The translations under genes and the position numbers were made by a program. This document shows positions 27,389-36,121 of a stretch of 64,000 nucleotides of DNA, one piece after another (position 1 is the stretch's first letter; every line of letters starts with the position of its first letter). Under the pieces are notes generated by a model that saw nothing but the letters and a program-made list of their open reading frames with translations, did no database searches and was not told the DNA's origin. The stretch comes from Rhodothermia bacterium (GTDB lineage: Bacteria; Bacteroidota; Rhodothermia; Rhodothermales; JAAAOL01), in NCBI GenBank assembly GCA_030428385.1, contig JAUIDY010000013.1:5583-69582 (forward strand). The letters run 5' to 3'.

Positions 27389-28882
27389 ATGGAACACCTA
27401 CCCATCCTCTCCGGCCACGCCCCCAGCGAACAAACAGCGGTTCACCTGCCCCGCCGCTCCGGCCCCGTCACACTGGGCATCATCGTGGGCAACCGGGGGT
27501 TTTTTCCGGATCACCTGTGTGAGAAAGGGCGCAAAATCATCCTCGATGTCCTCGAACGCGAAGGCATCAACGCGGTCATCACCCCCGCCGACGCCACCAA
27601 CAACGGCGCCATCGAAAGCCTGCAAGAAGCCCGCCTCTGCGCGGACCTGTTTCGCAAGCACCGCGACGAGATCGACGGGGTGCTGGTGACGCTGCCCAAC
27701 TTCGGCGACGAGCGCGCCATTGCCAACGCGCTGCGCTGGGCGGAACTCGACGTGCCGGTGCTTATCCATGCCTTCGAGGACGATGCCAGTCAGATGACCA
27801 TCGTCAACCGCCGCGACAGCTTCTGCGGCAAAATGTCGGCATGCAACAACCTGCGGCAGTATGGCATCAAGTTTACGCTGACCAGCAAACACACGATGGA
27901 CCCCGAGAGCGATGCCTTTGCCGCCGACCTGCGGCGCTTCGGCGCGACGTGCCGCGTCACCCGCTCAATGAAAAACCTGCGGCTCGGGCAGATCGGTGCC
28001 CGTCCGGCGGCCTTCAACACGGTGCGGTTCAGCGAAAAACTGCTCGAACGCTATGGCATCTCGGTAGAGACATTGGACCTTTCCGAACTCCTCGGCTGGA
28101 TCCGCCGCATGGGCGACGACGACGCCCCCGTGACGAATAAGCTGGAAGAGATGCGCGCCTACACCCGCGTGGACGGCATCCCGCCCGAAAGCCTGATGCG
28201 CATGGCCAAGCTGGGCGTCGCCATCGACACGTTCATCGAGACGCAAGGGCTGGCAGCCACGGCGATCCAATGCTGGACGTCGCTCGAAGAGTTTTACGGC
28301 GTGGTGCCCTGCACGGCGATGAGCATGATGAGCAACAATCTGATGGCGAGCGCCTGCGAAAGCGACATCGCAGGGACGCTGAGCATGTTTGTGCTGCAAG
28401 AAGCGGCGGGCGTCCCGGCGGCGCTGCTCGACTGGAACAACAACTTCGGTTCCGACCCAAACAAGGGCGTTGTCTTCCACTGCTCCAACCTGCCGAAGGC
28501 GTTCTTCGAATCCAGCGGCGACGACGCGCACCGCATGGACTACCAGGAAATTATCGCCGGAACCGTGGGGCGCGACAACACCTACGGCACCATCGTGGGC
28601 CGCATCTTGCCCGGACCGTTCACCTACAGCCGCATCTCCACCGACGACCTCCACGGCGTCATCCGGGCCTATGTGGGCGAAGGCCAGTTCACCAGCGACG
28701 CCATGCAAACGTTTGGCGGCTACGGCGTCTTTGAGGTGCCGAACTTGCAAACGCTGCTGGCCCACATCTGCGAAAACGGCTTTGAACACCACGTTGCCGC
28801 CACCCGTGCCGAAGTGAGCGGAGCCGTCGCTGAAGCCCTCGGCAAGTACCTCGGCTGGGACGTATATGAACATGCTTCCTGA
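27389..28882 (+). CDS. L-fucose/L-arabinose isomerase family protein
   Basis: About 498 aa. N-terminal TLGIIVGNRGFFPDHL, then MIVNRRDSFCGKMSACNNL, and a C-terminal FHCSN...HHVA region typical of the FucI-like sugar isomerase superfamily. ATG 27389. Confidence 0.72.
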   Translation: MEHLPILSGHAPSEQTAVHLPRRSGPVTLGIIVGNRGFFPDHLCEKGRKIILDVLEREGINAVITPADATNNGAIESLQEARLCADLFRKHRDEIDGVLVTLPNFGDERAIANALRWAELDVPVLIHAFEDDASQMTIVNRRDSFCGKMSACNNLRQYGIKFTLTSKHTMDPESDAFAADLRRFGATCRVTRSMKNLRLGQIGARPAAFNTVRFSEKLLERYGISVETLDLSELLGWIRRMGDDDAPVTNKLEEMRAYTRVDGIPPESLMRMAKLGVAIDTFIETQGLAATAIQCWTSLEEFYGVVPCTAMSMMSNNLMASACESDIAGTLSMFVLQEAAGVPAALLDWNNNFGSDPNKGVVFHCSNLPKAFFESSGDDAHRMDYQEIIAGTVGRDNTYGTIVGRILPGPFTYSRISTDDLHGVIRAYVGEGQFTSDAMQTFGGYGVFEVPNLQTLLAHICENGFEHHVAATRAEVSGAVAEALGKYLGWDVYEHAS

Positions 28883-28928
28883 TTTTTCCCCCGTTCCGTA
28901 GTCCTTCTTCTCAAACCTTCTCCGAACG

Positions 28929-30206
28929 ATGGAACGCCGCACCTTTATCAAAAGCAGCGCGCTCGCCCTTTCGGCCTTGCCGTTTTATGGGGCCACCTTT
29001 CAAGACACCCCATACCGCCTTGCCCTCATTGGCAGTGGCTGGTGGGGGATGAACATCCTGCGTGAAGCCATCGCCCACGGCAGCAGCACGGTGGTGGCCC
29101 TGTGCGATGTGGACGAGGGCCAGCTTACACGGGCGAAGGAAGAAGTGGGCACGCTGACGAGCGACACGCCCACGCTGTACAAAGACTACCGCGACCTCAT
29201 CACGACCGAACAGCCCGACATCGTGATCGTCGCCACGCCCGACCACTGGCACGCGCTGCCTGCCATCATGGCGATGCAGCACGGAGCCCATGTGTATCTC
29301 GAAAAACCCATCGGGCACACCATCGCCGAAGGCCGTGCCATCCTCAACGCCGCCCGCGCCCATGAGCGCAACGTGCAGATCGGAACGCACCGGCGCGTCT
29401 CGCCGCACAACATCTCCGCGATGGAATTCCTGCGGTCGGGCAAGGTGGGGCAGATCAGCCAGGTGAAAGCCTTCGTCAACTATAACCAGCCGCCGGGCTC
29501 GCCCAATCCCGACAGCGACCCACCACCGGGCCTCGATTGGGACTTCTGGCTTGGCCCTGCCCCTGAACGCGCCTTTAACTCCCGCATCCACCCGCGTGGC
29601 TTCCGGCAGTATCTCGACTTTGCCAACGGGCAGATTTCCGACTGGGGCCCTCACTGGTTCGACCAGGTGCTGTGGTGGACCGACGAAAAATACCCCCGCA
29701 CCATTTATTCCACCGGCAGCCGCGACATCAAAAACGACGGCGCTGACGCGCCCGACACGCAGTTGGTGGTCTACGACTTTGAATCGTTTACGCTGGAATG
29801 GGAGCACAAGCTGTGCGCCGCCAACCAGAACGAGTCGCACAACGTGGGCTGCTACTTCTATGGCACCGAAGGCACGCTGCATCTTGGCTGGCGCGACGGC
29901 TGGACGTTCTACTCGCGCAACCGCGACGAATTACCCCTCAACGTTCCGGCCCAACTGAATGCGCCCGACCACCAGAACATCAAAGAGTTGTGGGCGGACT
30001 TCATCCAGGCCATTAAGGACGACCACCGCCCCACCTGCGACGTCGAAAAAGGACATTTGGCGACCAACATCGCCCTGCTGGGCATGATCTCGTACCATGT
30101 GGGCCGCAGCATTGCGTGGGACGGCGCCACTGAAACCATTGCCAATGACCCCGAAGCCTCGAAGCTGCTCAGTAAAGACTATCGCGGCGAATGGGAGCTA
30201 CCTTGA
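28929..30206 (+). CDS. Gfo/Idh/MocA family oxidoreductase with Tat signal
   Basis: MERRTFIKSSALALSALPF Tat-like leader. LALIGSGWWG Rossmann segment. VYLEKP motif. Confidence 0.85.
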   Translation: MERRTFIKSSALALSALPFYGATFQDTPYRLALIGSGWWGMNILREAIAHGSSTVVALCDVDEGQLTRAKEEVGTLTSDTPTLYKDYRDLITTEQPDIVIVATPDHWHALPAIMAMQHGAHVYLEKPIGHTIAEGRAILNAARAHERNVQIGTHRRVSPHNISAMEFLRSGKVGQISQVKAFVNYNQPPGSPNPDSDPPPGLDWDFWLGPAPERAFNSRIHPRGFRQYLDFANGQISDWGPHWFDQVLWWTDEKYPRTIYSTGSRDIKNDGADAPDTQLVVYDFESFTLEWEHKLCAANQNESHNVGCYFYGTEGTLHLGWRDGWTFYSRNRDELPLNVPAQLNAPDHQNIKELWADFIQAIKDDHRPTCDVEKGHLATNIALLGMISYHVGRSIAWDGATETIANDPEASKLLSKDYRGEWELP

Positions 30207-30269
30207 GCACAGGACGAATCTCCTACCCGCTCTTTCTGTCACCCCCCAACCCACCCCATCTTCCCCCAG

Positions 30270-31004
30270 ATGCCTAACAAACTAACCAACAACGTCGCTC
30301 TCATCACCGGTGCCAGCGCAGGCATTGGCCGCGCCAGTGCCCTCGCTCTTGCTGCCGAAGGGGCCCGCCTTGTTATTTCTGCCCGGCGCGAAGAACGCCT
30401 CACTTCCCTCGAAGCCGCCGTCCGAGAGACTGGCGGCGAAGCCATTAGCGTAGTCGGTGATGCCAAAGCAGAAAGCACCGCCCAGCAAGCCGTCGAAGCC
30501 GCCCTCGACACGTTTGGCCGCCTCGACATCCTGATCAACAACGTGGGGATTGGCAACTACAAAAACCTCGTCGACACGAGCGCTGCGGACTACGACGACA
30601 TGGTGGACACCAATATCCGCTCTACCTTTTTGTTCACGCGCCACGCCGTTCCGGTGATGATCGACCAGGGATCGGGCACCATCCTGATGATTTCGTCGAT
30701 GGCAGGCAAATACGGTTTTCCGGGGCAGGCGGTGTACTGCGCCACCAAGTTTGCCCAGGTCGGCTTTGCGCAGTCGCTCGACAAAGAGTTGCGTCCGCAC
30801 GGCATCAAAGTGGGCGTGATCTGCCCCGGCGGTGTCAAAACCGAGTTTGCCCTCGGCAAAGGCCGCACCGAAGAGGGTGTTGCTGCCTCTGATATGTTAG
30901 AAGCCGACGATGTGGCGGGAGCCGTCCTGCTGGCCTGCACGCAGTCGCCCGGTGCCCGCCTTATTGAGGTACAAATGCGTACGATGGCAGAGGCGTTGAC
31001 CTAA
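30270..31004 (+). CDS. Short-chain dehydrogenase/reductase (SDR)
   Basis: TGASAGIGRA cofactor motif, NNVG, and the catalytic YCATKFA (YxxxK). Confidence 0.9.
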   Translation: MPNKLTNNVALITGASAGIGRASALALAAEGARLVISARREERLTSLEAAVRETGGEAISVVGDAKAESTAQQAVEAALDTFGRLDILINNVGIGNYKNLVDTSAADYDDMVDTNIRSTFLFTRHAVPVMIDQGSGTILMISSMAGKYGFPGQAVYCATKFAQVGFAQSLDKELRPHGIKVGVICPGGVKTEFALGKGRTEEGVAASDMLEADDVAGAVLLACTQSPGARLIEVQMRTMAEALT

Positions 31005-31309
31005 CCTTTTACGGTCATCTCCAACAGCGTCTGCACCATCGACGTCCACTCTTGCTTCAGGCTTTCCCGAGAAACCGGCTCGCCTGCCCGACGATACCAG
31101 TAGGCGGCGTTCCCGTCGTCGCCTTCCACGCGGTGCAGGTGGGCGTGGACCCACGCGCCCGAACCGGAAACGTCATCCTGCACCAAATCGTGTGCCTTCG
31201 CCCACCGGCCTTTCCCTTGCCACCAGAGCGCCTGCAACGCAAGGCCCAAGCCGTCGGGAGGAGCCGGTTCAGCCAGCGAGGCTTCAAAATCTTGAAGGGT
31301 GCGAATCAT
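31001..31309 (-). CDS. Hypothetical protein (102 aa)
   Basis: ORF from ATG 31309 (MIRTLQDFEASL...). Its stop codon overlaps the SDR stop by 4 nt. No domain recognised. Confidence 0.4.
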   Translation of the reverse strand: MIRTLQDFEASLAEPAPPDGLGLALQALWWQGKGRWAKAHDLVQDDVSGSGAWVHAHLHRVEGDDGNAAYWYRRAGEPVSRESLKQEWTSMVQTLLEMTVKG

Positions 31310-31585
31310 GGAAAAGAAGACGGCGGATGGAGAAAATGCTTCGACCGGGAGAAGGTGCATGAGACTTTGCGATGCGGGGAAGGTTGCCGTCGCTGGAACC
31401 TTGTGTTTTATTTTTGTTCTCCCCAGCGGTGCCACCATTAAGCGCGAGAGGGGAACCACAGCGCTGCTCCTCGAAGCGAGCCGCCGGGGAACGGTTTACG
31501 CTCAACGTAGAAGCCCAGGGCTCCCTCAACACCAAACCCACCGCCCCGCTGCACCGCTTCCCTCCAACCACTTCCCCCTTCCCTC

Positions 31586-32737
31586 TTACGCAATCGCTCC
31601 GCCACAGCCACTCCCGGCCCCCGCCGTGCAGCCATAGCAATGCCGCTCGGTGCGAACGATGTGTTGTTGCCACGCCGTAAGATCGAAGTCACGTACGTGT
31701 GGACGGAGGCCAGCCGGCAGGTCCATCTTCATGTCGAGTTGCTGGTTGAAGTCGCAGTCGTAGAGGTAGCCGTCCCACGACACCGAAAGGGTGTTGCGGC
31801 ACATCAGCCCGGCGATGGTGCCCGGGTTAAACGCCTGTACCAGTTCCGAGAGATAGTGCGCCGTTTGCCCTTTTTGTTCGAGCCATTCGAGATAGCGCGA
31901 CATCGGCATGTTGTTTAGCGCCAGCAGTTTGTCGAAATACACGCCGTGGTTGCGGGCCAGCGCCGCTTTCCACTCGGCTTCCAGCGACGCCTGGTTACCT
32001 GCCAGATACGCCCCCACGGGATTGGTGACGAGCGTCAGTTGCAAACGGGGATCGCCCTTGCCATATCCGGCCTCGTTTAGTGCCCGCAATGCTTCCAGCG
32101 ACTTCTCATAGGTGCCTTTGCCCCGCTGGGCATCGGTGTTGAGCTTGCGGTAGTGCGGAAGCGAGCAGATGACCTCCACGCCGCGTTCAGCGAACCACTG
32201 TGGCAGGTGCTGATAGCGCCGCGTGGTCAGAATAGTGAGGTTGCAGCGGTCCATCACATGCAGGCCGCGCTGCACACACGCGTCCACCAGATACTCGAAA
32301 TGTGGGTTGAGTTCCGGCGCTCCGCCGGTTAAATCGACGATTTTGGCCCCGCTCAAGTCAATGGCACGGAGGCATGCCTCCACCGTCTCGCGGTCCATGT
32401 TTTCGTCCACGCGGTCGGGACCGGAATCGACGTGGCAATGGCGGCACGTCATGTTGCACAGCTTGCCCACGTTGATCTGGAAAATGTCGAGTTGGGCGGG
32501 CTGTAACACGGGCCAGCCTGCTGCTTCCAGATCGGCCTCAAACGAACCTGTACGTGTGGGGCCAACCGAGATTTCCACCCTGTTTAGCACCCGAAACTGC
32601 TCTTCGGGCGTGGCAAGTGGAGCCCGGCGATAGCGCATGCTGGTGGCGGCACGTGGGCCTTCCACATCCACCATCGCGCCGTCGCCGCCGTTGTCAATAA
32701 TGGGAAGGGAAACCAAAGGCTGTGTGTCCTGACTCAT
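31586..32737 (-). CDS. arsS: Radical SAM / Cys-rich C-terminus protein, arsenosugar biosynthesis ArsS-like
   Basis: CNMTCRHCH (CX3CX2C) radical SAM cluster motif. The C-terminal RHCYGCTAGAGSGCGG Cys-rich tail is characteristic of the TIGR04167 family. The gene is clustered with arsM. Confidence 0.8.
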   Translation of the reverse strand: MSQDTQPLVSLPIIDNGGDGAMVDVEGPRAATSMRYRRAPLATPEEQFRVLNRVEISVGPTRTGSFEADLEAAGWPVLQPAQLDIFQINVGKLCNMTCRHCHVDSGPDRVDENMDRETVEACLRAIDLSGAKIVDLTGGAPELNPHFEYLVDACVQRGLHVMDRCNLTILTTRRYQHLPQWFAERGVEVICSLPHYRKLNTDAQRGKGTYEKSLEALRALNEAGYGKGDPRLQLTLVTNPVGAYLAGNQASLEAEWKAALARNHGVYFDKLLALNNMPMSRYLEWLEQKGQTAHYLSELVQAFNPGTIAGLMCRNTLSVSWDGYLYDCDFNQQLDMKMDLPAGLRPHVRDFDLTAWQQHIVRTERHCYGCTAGAGSGCGGAIA

Positions 32738-32746
32738 GGTTTTTTT

Positions 32747-32775
32747 AAAACGTGAAACGTAAAAAGTGAACGTGT
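32747..32775. repeat. Half copy of the TGAAACG-heptad hairpin repeat (family 1)
   Basis: AAAACGTGAAACGTAAAAAGTGAACGTG lies 10-38 nt upstream of the arsS ATG. It matches the left arm of the copies at 47333 and 50133. Confidence 0.6.
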
Positions 32776-32820
32776 CTCCAATCGATGTTGCCTGACGTCT
32801 TCAGCATATACGTTTCATTC

Positions 32821-33153
32821 TTACATCATCTTCTCGCGGACCTGATCCAGCATCTGGATGCCATGTACCAGCGAGGCCCCACCCCGGATCGCCGTGGCCA
32901 CATGGACGGCCTCGGTCATTTGCTCCAGGTCGGCCCCTTTTTGCAGGCTGTCCGACGTGTAGGCGTCGATGCAGTAGGGGCACTGGATGGTGTGGGCCAC
33001 CGCCAACGCAATCAGCGACTTCTCCCGGGCCGTGAGCGCACCGTCTTCAAAAACTTTCCCGTAATACGAAAAAAAGGCATCAGCGAGGGCTTTGTTTCCT
33101 TCTGCAATCTCGCCAAAACGAGCGAGTTGGTCCAGTTTGTAGTACGTCTCCAT
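32821..33153 (-). CDS. Carboxymuconolactone-decarboxylase/AhpD-like protein (arsenosugar biosynthesis-associated peroxidase-like)
   Basis: 110 aa with the HTIQCPYCIDAYT CxxC motif of AhpD/CMD-fold proteins. It sits between arsM and arsS. Confidence 0.78.
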   Translation of the reverse strand: METYYKLDQLARFGEIAEGNKALADAFFSYYGKVFEDGALTAREKSLIALAVAHTIQCPYCIDAYTSDSLQKGADLEQMTEAVHVATAIRGGASLVHGIQMLDQVREKMM

Positions 33154-33212
33154 ATGGATCAGGCGTGGTGGCTGAGTAGAAAATGATAGGTTCAGGCGCG
33201 TACCAAAACGTT

Positions 33213-33254
33213 ACGCGAGGCCTGCTGGATATGATACCCCAGCAAACCTCGCGT
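33213..33254 (-). terminator. Long interrupted hairpin between arsM and the CMD-like gene (terminator or attenuator candidate)
   Basis: ACGCGAGG-cc-TGCTGG (33213..33228) pairs with CCAGCA-aa-CCTCGCGT (33239..33254). On the minus strand it is followed by AACGTTTTGG. Confidence 0.35.
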
Positions 33255-33286
33255 TGAAAGGAATAATCAAAAGTTTTATCCTTTTG

Positions 33287-34201
33287 TTACGGTTTATGTC
33301 CAATCACGGTAACGCTCATCAGCGTCGCATCGCTGTCCGCAAAAGCCAAGCGGTCGGTGGGGGACAACACCGCTTCCACGGCGGCATCAGGGATATCAAT
33401 CACCCGCGCCTGGGCGGTTTCGATCTGTGCAAACCCGGCGGAACGGACCGTGCCGAGATAGACGTCATAGTCCAGCGCCCCTCCTACACAGCCGACGTAC
33501 AGTTCCACGGACTGCCGCACCGACGCCGGAATCTCACCGCGCGAGACCACATCCGAGATGCAGAAATGCCCGCCGGGACGCAGTACGCGGAAGACTTCCG
33601 CGAACGCTTGCTCCTTATCCGGCACGAGGTTGAGCACGCAGTTGCTGATCACCACATCGACGCTGTTGTCGGGCAGCGGCAGGTTTTCGATGTCGCCTTC
33701 GACAAAAAACACGTTGTCGAAGCCTAGTTTTTTGGTGTTTTCGCGGGCGCGGCCAATCATTTCCGGCGTCATGTCCACCCCGAACACTCGGCCCGTTTCA
33801 CCAACGATCTGGCGTACGACAAAGGCATCAAGTCCCGCCCCGGAGCCGAGGTCGAGCACGGTCTGTCCTTCGTGGATGTTGGCGTATTCGGTCGGGACGC
33901 CGCAGCCCAGCTTCAGGTCGGCGTCGGCCACGTAGCCTTCCGTGTCGGCATAGGCATCGCCGATCATGTCGATGTCGCCGCAACCACAGCCGCTGCCCGT
34001 GCCGCAGCAGCTATCGCCTGAAACGGCGATTTCGGCGTATTTCTCACGCACGGTGGTTTTGATAGACTCAGCAGTTTCGATAGGCGTTTCGATGGACACT
34101 TCGGCAGGCGCTTCGAGGGTGGCTACGGCGTCATCGGCGCAGCAGTCAGGACCACAGCAGGCGGCGGTGGCTTGGGGTTCGGGGGCGAGGGTTGTTGTCA
34201 T
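33287..34201 (-). CDS. arsM: Arsenite S-adenosylmethionine methyltransferase
   Basis: SAM motif VLDLGSGAGLD. Cys-rich N-terminus (CCGPDCC, DSCCGTGSGCGCG). Conserved LGCGVP and HFCISDV cysteines. ATG 34201. Confidence 0.85.
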   Translation of the reverse strand: MTTTLAPEPQATAACCGPDCCADDAVATLEAPAEVSIETPIETAESIKTTVREKYAEIAVSGDSCCGTGSGCGCGDIDMIGDAYADTEGYVADADLKLGCGVPTEYANIHEGQTVLDLGSGAGLDAFVVRQIVGETGRVFGVDMTPEMIGRARENTKKLGFDNVFFVEGDIENLPLPDNSVDVVISNCVLNLVPDKEQAFAEVFRVLRPGGHFCISDVVSRGEIPASVRQSVELYVGCVGGALDYDVYLGTVRSAGFAQIETAQARVIDIPDAAVEAVLSPTDRLAFADSDATLMSVTVIGHKP

Positions 34202-34274
34202 GGTTGTGTTGGGTTTGGTCAGTCTGAATGAAAGAATTCTTCCGAGCAAGCGAGTGGTTTGTAAAAAGAGCGAG

Positions 34275-34601
34275 TCAGCAGCAGGAGCCAGGCTTCAGGT
34301 CGATAAACAGCGCGCCATAGGCCGCCTCCAGGGCACGCAGGGTGTCGTGATTGAGGCAGTAGCAGACGCGCGGCCCTTCGACTTCGCCCTGCACCAGCCC
34401 AGCGGCTTTGAGGGCTTTTAAGTGCTGGGAGACCGTGGCCTGTGCCAGCGGCAATTCATCGACGATTTCGCCGCAGATGCAAGTCTGCCGCCGCGCCAGC
34501 ACGCGCAGGATGGCGATACGGGCCGGGTGGCCGAGGGCTTTGGCCCAGGCTGCCAGTTGCACATCAGCGTCGGTAAAGGGGTCGGTTTTCGCAGTAGCCA
34601 T
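34275..34601 (-). CDS. arsR: ArsR/SmtB family metalloregulator
   Basis: LGHPARIAILRVLARRQTCICGEIVDELPLAQATVSQHLKAL, a winged HTH with a CxC metalloid site. ATG 34601. Confidence 0.85.
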   Translation of the reverse strand: MATAKTDPFTDADVQLAAWAKALGHPARIAILRVLARRQTCICGEIVDELPLAQATVSQHLKALKAAGLVQGEVEGPRVCYCLNHDTLRALEAAYGALFIDLKPGSCC

Positions 34602-34608
34602 TTCTTTT

Positions 34609-34631
34609 ATCGTATATTTACGATGTACGAT
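34609..34631. promoter_or_regulatory. Candidate ArsR operator: ATCGTA-N4-TACGAT palindrome plus an extra TACGAT
   Basis: ATCGTATATTTACGATGTACGAT starts 8 nt upstream of the arsR ATG. The palindrome was read directly; the function is inferred. Confidence 0.35.
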
Positions 34632-34850
34632 GACTAACATACGAGCGAATCTTGCTAAGTTGCAAGACGGGGGAAGTTTTTTTCTCGGACGAACGTTATT
34701 CTTGGCGTTGGAGGCTGGGAATTGACGTCCGCAGGTCGCAGGTCTATCAGGTCGGCACGTCACCGGTCTCTTCTGTCCAAACACCCGCTCCCCCCTGCTT
34801 CAAACTCACCTCCCTCTTACTCCCAAACCCAACAACGCCCACACTCAACC

Positions 34851-35567
34851 ATGCCCCGTCATCTTCTCCTGATCAGCACCTCCACCACCCATGGCACCGG
34901 CTACCTCGACCACGCTGTCGACGCCGTTCAAGCGCTTCTTTCAGGCAAAGACTCGGTGCTGTTTGTGCCGTTTGCGCGTCCGTCGGGCATCAGCCACGAA
35001 GGCTACACCGCCAAGGCCCGTATGCGGTTCGAGGCGATGGGGAAGACGCTGACGGGTCTGCATGAGTATGACAATCCTGTCGCTGCCATAAAGGAAGCCG
35101 AGGCCATGTTCATCGGCGGGGGCAACACGTTTGTGCTACTGCGCGAACTGTACCAAACCGGCGTTATTGGGGCGATTCGAGAGCGGGTGCAGGGTGGCAT
35201 GCCGTATATGGGCACGAGCGCGGGCTCAAACGTGGCGTGCCGCTCGATGTGCACGACGAATGACATGCCCGTTGTCTACCCGCCCAGCTTCGAGGCGCTG
35301 GGCTTGGTGCCGTTTAACATCAACCCGCATTACCTCGACCCCATCACAGGCTCCACCCACATGGGCGAAACGCGGGAAACACGCATCCGTGAATTTCACC
35401 ACTTCAACAACCAGCCGGTGGTGGGCCTGCGGGAAGGGTCGTGGCTGCATGTGGAGGGCGACACGATGACGCTCGAAGGCGAGCGCCCGGCGCGGCTGTT
35501 TCGCAAGGATCAAGATCCCGAAGAAGTGGACGTGGGATCCGATTTGAGCTTTTTGCTGAACGACTAG
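34851..35567 (+). CDS. pepE: Dipeptidase E (peptidase S51)
   Basis: MPRHLLLISTST, FIGGGNTFVLL and YMGTSAGSNVA (Ser nucleophile context) are typical of PepE. Confidence 0.85.
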   Translation: MPRHLLLISTSTTHGTGYLDHAVDAVQALLSGKDSVLFVPFARPSGISHEGYTAKARMRFEAMGKTLTGLHEYDNPVAAIKEAEAMFIGGGNTFVLLRELYQTGVIGAIRERVQGGMPYMGTSAGSNVACRSMCTTNDMPVVYPPSFEALGLVPFNINPHYLDPITGSTHMGETRETRIREFHHFNNQPVVGLREGSWLHVEGDTMTLEGERPARLFRKDQDPEEVDVGSDLSFLLND

Positions 35568-35570
35568 CGG

Positions 35571-35990
35571 CTACCGCACCAGCGCATGCGAGACGGTGAG
35601 CGATAGGTTAGGCCCCGAGCCAGAAGCCTCATCCACCACTTCGCCGTCAACGATAATACGGGCTTGCAACGACCGGTTGGAGCCGTCGCCCTGGGCCAGG
35701 CAGGAAACCGCCATCGCAATGGCAAACGGGCGGGTCGTGGGGGTAATATCCACGTCTATGCCAAACGGCAACGCCGCACTTCCATCGATGTGCGAGACGA
35801 TCTGGCTGGCGGTACCACCACCGCTGACGGTCCATGCTGCCGAGCAGATGTTCGTAAACGTGCCTTCTACTTCATACCGCACTTCATAGAGGCGAAAGGG
35901 ATTGTCATCGTCGTCCGAGCCGCCCGAGTCGCAGCCCACCATCATCAATCCGAAGACACAAACCAAGGACCAATGTGCCAGCGTTTTCAT
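35571..35990 (-). CDS. Small lipoprotein, unknown function
   Basis: Lipobox LMMVGCDSGGSDDDD. 139 aa, beta-rich. Confidence 0.6.
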   Translation of the reverse strand: MKTLAHWSLVCVFGLMMVGCDSGGSDDDDNPFRLYEVRYEVEGTFTNICSAAWTVSGGGTASQIVSHIDGSAALPFGIDVDITPTTRPFAIAMAVSCLAQGDGSNRSLQARIIVDGEVVDEASGSGPNLSLTVSHALVR

Positions 35991-36121
35991 CCTGCCAAAC
36001 CTGTTTGATGTGAGAGGAGCACGGAATCACCCGACGTGCACAAAGCCCGACGGTTCACCGTCTGCTTTATGGTACACAATGGCCCGTCGATAAGAAACAG
36101 GTTAACGACAAATAATAGGGC

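Noticed and set aside
27965-29882. Two long minus-strand ORFs (328 aa and 323 aa) opposite the isomerase and Gfo/Idh/MocA genes. The same pattern appears at 39657..40628, 41304..42122, 48697..49620, 7144..8037 and 12447..13271.
   Set aside because: All are antisense to genes with clear family motifs and have shadow-ORF amino-acid composition. None has its own start context or domain.
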